A DNA stretch of 64,000 bases from the NCBI RefSeq assembly GCF_009914755.1, contig NC_060925.1; one strand, given 5' to 3'. Below are positions 59,151 to 64,000 of the stretch, piece after piece. A program made the position numbers and the translations under genes. The notes beneath the pieces were generated by a model. That model saw only the letters and a program-made list of their open reading frames with translations, did not search any database and was not told the DNA's origin. Position 1 is the first letter of the stretch. Every line of letters begins with the position of its first letter. The stretch is from the human T2T-CHM13v2.0 reference genome, Homo sapiens.

Positions 59151-59781
59151 AAAAGTCTGTTGGTTAATTATCATTGAAAATAGAAAACTTAAGCACTTAG
59201 GAGAAGTGGAGCAAGATGGCAGAGTAAGAACCTCCAGCAATCATCCTCCCACAGAAACATCAATTTGAAAAATTATTTACACACAAAAATGCCTTCATAA
59301 GAGCTAAGGAAAACAGGTGAGAGATCAAAGTACCTTGTTGTGATGCACCGAAGAGGATAGGAAAGACAGGTTTACATTACCTGTTTCACCCTTTCCCTAA
59401 CCCCAAGCAGTACAATGCAGAGAGAGATTCTGTATGCTTGGGGGAAAGAGAGGGAAGTTAGCACAGGACTTGTCCCTGGACCCCACAGCTCCAGGGTTCA
59501 GGCTTGCATGGTGGACTTGATCTCTAGTCTGCATTGCCACCAGGCTGATATCAGTGGCCCTGGGCTCCAGGCAGCCCTCAATGACAGGCATCCTTCAGTG
59601 TGTCTGGGCTTCTTGCAGCACCATGCCAGCCACAGTTGCCTAGGGCTTCTAGTATGCCCCAGTGCCACCCCTGCTATAGAGCTTTCCCAGACAAAGCCAG
59701 TCTGCAAAGACTAGAATAAGTAGCTACTTCTTCAAATGTGCGGATATTGATGTGTGACTACAAAGATCAAGAACAATCAGG

Positions 59782-59833
59782 GGTATACAACCTCCAAGTG
59801 CTAAATTTTACTGGCTTAAAAAATAATAATAGA
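59782..59833 (+). pseudogene. 5'-truncated Y4 RNA (RNY4) retropseudogene
   Basis: ggtatacaacctccaagtgctaaattttactggctt matches the recalled hY4 3' end at 32/36; A-rich tail; perfect 14-bp TSD aagaacaatcaggg. Confidence 0.88.
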
Positions 59834-59987
59834 AAGAACAATCAGGGAAACATGTCATCACCAAATGGAAAAAATAAGGTACAAATGACCAACCCTTAAG
59901 AAATGGAGATGTAGAAACTACCTGACAAAGGATTCAAAATAACTGTTTTAAGGAAGCTCAGCAAACTTCAAGAAAATACAGAGAAAC

Positions 59988-60066
59988 CCTAATACAGGTA
60001 CAGAATTGAATGTGAATTTAGAATGAGAAAATAAATCACAACAATTTATTGGACTCTTGGGAAAAA
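59988..60066 (+). pseudogene. Miniature polyadenylated retrocopy, MER115/Zaphod-like sequence
   Basis: AATAAA at 60030-60035, A run from 60062, perfect 15-bp TSD aaaatacagagaaac. Confidence 0.75.
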
Positions 60067-60614
60067 AAAATACAGAGAAACAGTTAAACAAAATGAGGAA
60101 AACAATGTGACCAGAATTAGAAACGTAATGAAAAATTAAAATAATACTTTTTAAAAATAAAACAGAAATCCTGGAGCTGAAAATACAATAAAGAAAATGA
60201 GAAATGCAATAGAGAATGTCAACAAGAGAATTGATCAGGCATAAGAAAACTCAAGAACTTAGCCATGTCCACATGGACCCCTTTGGAACTGGTCTCCACC
60301 ACAGCCCTATCCCATTGGCTAGCTGCCAATACTGAAAATTTTAAATCTGTAGTCTCAGTCCTACCCAGTATTTAAGACAATTCTAACAATGTGTGTAAGC
60401 ATGTAAGAGGCTAGTTGGACATTAGTAAAGGTTTCCCTGAGGAAGGGACTTTTAAAGTAGCATTTAGATGATGAGTAGGAAGAATTGCAGGGGAGAAAAA
60501 ACATCCTTCAAAGAAAATAACATGTACAAAGGATGATAAATGGAAGAGAAGATAGCAAATTTGTGAAACTAAAAGAAATCCAGCATGCCTGAAGCATAAG
60601 TTAGGAGAGTGGTC

Positions 60615-60812
60615 TGGATTTCTCAACCCCCGGACCATTGACATTATTTGTGGCCAGATAATTTTTTGTTGTGGGGGTGGGGTCCGTCTCGTACTTTGTA
60701 GGGTGTTTTGCAGCATACCCACTAGGTGGCAATAACACACCTCAATGTGACAATGAAAAATGTCTCAGATAATGACCCTCTGGAGAAAAACTCTCTGGGG
60801 TTGAAATACTGA
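60615..60812 (-). mobile_element. MER20
   Basis: 'tttctcaacc...cattgacatt...ggccagataattttttgttgtggg...tgtgacaatgaaaaatgtctc'. Confidence 0.9.
60716..60734 (+). promoter_or_regulatory. Candidate CTCF site
   Basis: CCACTAGGTGGCA fits the CCASYAGRKGGCR core. Confidence 0.5.
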
Positions 60813-62512
60813 GCTATTAGGCAATTGCAGAATCATGCAGGCAACGTAGGTTTTGAAGAGGAATGTATAGGAGATTATTATGATCTGACTTGCATTAAAA
60901 AAAAAAATTCCCTATATCTCTGAGAGCACGCAGACAGACAGGTTAGAGTTGATTCCAGAATCCACTGGAGGAGCGATGAGGTTTGGACTGAGGTAGTGGT
61001 AGCAGAATGGAGAAAAGCTGATAGATTTGAGAGGTATTAGGTAGTAGAATGCAAGTAGCATTAATAATCTTTATGACAATTTTCACTGTTTTATCTGATC
61101 TGTTCTGCTGGTTCTTCCTCAAGCTTTGAGCTGGGCTTCTGGTTGTGTTATAACTTCTGATTTCAATTGATTACATTTTTTTTTTTTTTAGATTCAGGAA
61201 ACTTCTTTGCTTATTTATTTCAGAGGATAATTTTTAACTCTGCACTTCTTATTAAGTCTGACCGCGGACTGTGTGTGTGTTCTGAAAAACGTTGTTTGCA
61301 TTTTCTCTTGAAGTGAAACCCAGGCTAAACGTGTACCTTTTGGTGATCTACCTGTTTTTCCTGAGAGTAGGATTACTAGAAGCTTGTCAAAGCAGTTCCT
61401 ATCATTCCGCTGATCTTTATTTGACAAGAAAAACTCGGGGAGGAATCTCAAGTTTAAAGGAAAAAGCATCATTGTTGAGTCTTCCAGAGTCTAAGCATCT
61501 GCTAAAGTTGACAGAATAGTCTTTTGGTTATCTCACAGAAAAATCAACAATAGTCAAAATATATGTATTGCCCTATTTACTGGGTTTCAGTACAATTTTA
61601 TTATGCCCACCCTCACACAGTACAAGGCCTTTTCCATTAGTAAAAGAAGGAACAAAAGGTCATAGCTTCCCTGCAACTTTTATCCACTAATTAGAGAGAC
61701 CTTTTACTAGAGAACATAATTGGGCCATTACTAAATTTCTCTACAAAATAAAAAATATACAATTTCATTATTGTTGGTTTTCTTTTGAGTAAGACACAGA
61801 TCATCCATGGATGTTCAAAAATTAGTAAGAACATTACTGATGGGTTTTCTAAATGTGAGATTCCAGCCCCAGGGATTCTATTAGTATTCTTTGTATTTAA
61901 AAGCCTATTGGCTAGGTAGGCATTTGGAAGCTGCTTCTTATCCAAACCATTCCAAATATATAATTTTACAATAATGAATCACATTAAATGTCAAGTGCAG
62001 AAATACTATTGGCACTGAGACAAAAAATATTTCATTTAGCAAGAACACTGAGGTTTCCTTAAAGCCAGCAATGTTTCATAAACAACATAAAAAGACCCCC
62101 TCATAAAGATCTGTGAGTAGACACATACAGTAACAAGATCAGTGGTACCCATTACAACCAAGGTTGTAGGTATATATCTGGATCAGCACATCCGAATCCA
62201 GCCTCCGAGAGCCAATTGCTTCACAGAGACATCTTCCTTGAGGTGAAGCTTCCTCTAAATTCTATTGCAAATGTCAACATTCTTCTTCCATTTTCTCCTG
62301 TACAGTGCCAAGTTCCTAGTGCAATGAGTTTGATGAAGTCAACACCCAATTGTGTCTAGTTTCCTTCTAAAGAAAATTAAATGTTAGGTTTTCTACTTTC
62401 ATTTGAATAAGTTGATCTTAAATGGCAAAATGACCAAAGTTTTCTTTTTAAAAATTAGAAAATCCAATAGGCAATGTGATATAGCTTACTTTGTAAGTAT
62501 TTGTTATATAAT

Positions 62513-62653
62513 AGCTGGGCACAGTGGCTCATGCCTGTAACCCCAGCACTTTGAGGGGCCGAGGTGAGAGGATCACTTGAGACCAGGAGTTCAAGACAAG
62601 TCTGGGCAACATAGCAAGATACCATCTCTACAAAAAAAATTAAAAATTAAAAA
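62513..62653 (+). mobile_element. FLAM / Alu left arm
   Basis: Monomer plus A tail. Confidence 0.9.
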
Positions 62654-62727
62654 AGTATTTATTGTAATAATGCCCATTTTCCATGTGTTGTAATAATGCC
62701 TATAATGAGTCCTGATGAAACACATGA

Positions 62728-63038
<311 letters not shown>

Positions 63039-63954
63039 TGTATTTTGCTTAAGGAAAGTTCTTCCTATCAATACCACAACAACTCCTCAAGGTAGTGAAG
63101 TTCAAGAAACTGGAAGTTAATATGTCAGTAGAGGCTGGAAGAAAGTCTGAAAAAGCTAAGCTTGTTAGCCACGGAGAGGCAACATGGTGCAGAGGAAAGA
63201 GCACAGACATAAGAGTTAGACATATGAGTGCTGGACAGTTCCTCCTAGGTGGCCTTGGGCATATTTGTCTCAACCCACGTGAGTCTCTTAATAGTATATA
63301 GCTAAAGACTTCTCAGACATTAAAATTCTATGCCTATAAGAAAGAAATCCAGAAGATTACATGTTTTCTTTTGCTCTTCTCTGACTTTAGTATGGTCATA
63401 AGGGGCAACAAAAAAATAAATTCCTTTGTTAAGAATACACAAGTTTGTCTTTTGGTGATTAATTCCCTAATCTCTTTCTCAACTCAGGAGCTGCTTCACT
63501 AGACTCACTGCATATTGCGATCCCTTTCCGTTCAGGTCCAGGATTATTCTGAAAATGGAAATGTTTTTCTCTTACTGCTAGGCATCAAGTGTTCAGATCA
63601 AGCCTGGGAGGCTAAACAAATTTCTGAATTGTCAAAACTTTAAACTTCCTGTCACTACCCATCTGTGAATCAGAAATTCCACCAAGAGAATACCTACTTT
63701 CTTAGACAAAGAAGGCTGAGGGCTGAGTGGTGCATTGTGCCTCTTGTTGAGTTCATATTTTGATCCCAGTAAGTGTAGCCAATACTCACAAATTCGGTAA
63801 GAAAAAAAGACTGAAAAACATCTGTAGGGTAATAGCATTAGTCCTCTGTGCTTACCATCCTCTCCAGATACTGAGAAAAAAATCATACTTTAGTTCTGGC
63901 AATAGTGCAGTAAAAGAGAAGAAAATCTAATGATAGAAGTCCTCATCCTCATGT

Positions 63955-64000
63955 CGTGGTATAATGGACATTGGAGACCCAGAAGCAGGGAGAGGACCAG
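63955..64000 (+). mobile_element. L1PB/L1MA 3'UTR fragment, running off the window
   Basis: 'gtggtataatggacattggagacccagaag'. Confidence 0.6.

Larger units (their letters stand above)
59201..60243 (+). mobile_element. Ancient L1M 5'UTR plus ORF1 start, 3'-truncated, TSD-flanked
   Basis: L1-type start 'ggagcaagatggc' (YY1 motif 59212-59220), ORF1-like sequence from about 59736, 19-bp flanking repeat with 17/19 identity. Confidence 0.8.
60400..61060 (-). mobile_element. L2 interrupted by MER20
   Basis: Purine-rich antisense L2, e.g. 'ggtttccctgaggaagggacttt' and 'gatagatttgagagg'. Confidence 0.7.

Overview
Primate, almost certainly human, non-coding genomic DNA. It is AT-rich and CpG-depleted, with no CpG island and no recognisable host protein-coding exon; the locus cannot be named from sequence alone. 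A large part is interspersed repeats: about 25 Alu/FLAM/FAM copies, many MIR and L2 relics, a 5'-truncated L1PA, several ancient L1M pieces, solo LTRs (three THE1, one LTR1B, an MLT1 fragment) and DNA transposons (MER5A, MER58B, MER44 containing Tigger3a, MER47C, MER94, MER33, MER2, two MER20). The supplied ORFs come from Alu, L1, LTR or low-complexity sequence, or are chance ORFs. The most unusual structure is at 59182-60262: a TSD-flanked, tail-less L1 made only of 5'UTR plus the start of ORF1. It hosts two tiny TSD-flanked retrocopies, a Y4 RNA 3' fragment and a polyadenylated fragment resembling MER115/Zaphod. Other points of interest are a plus-strand-only L1 orientation bias (possible minus-strand host intron), candidate minus-strand exons, a MER20 with a strong CTCF motif, an 84-bp duplication capturing an LTR edge, and repeat-free motif-rich enhancer candidates. 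I found no evidence for a new biological system. Repeat family calls are from recalled consensus sequences, and boundaries of old elements are approximate.
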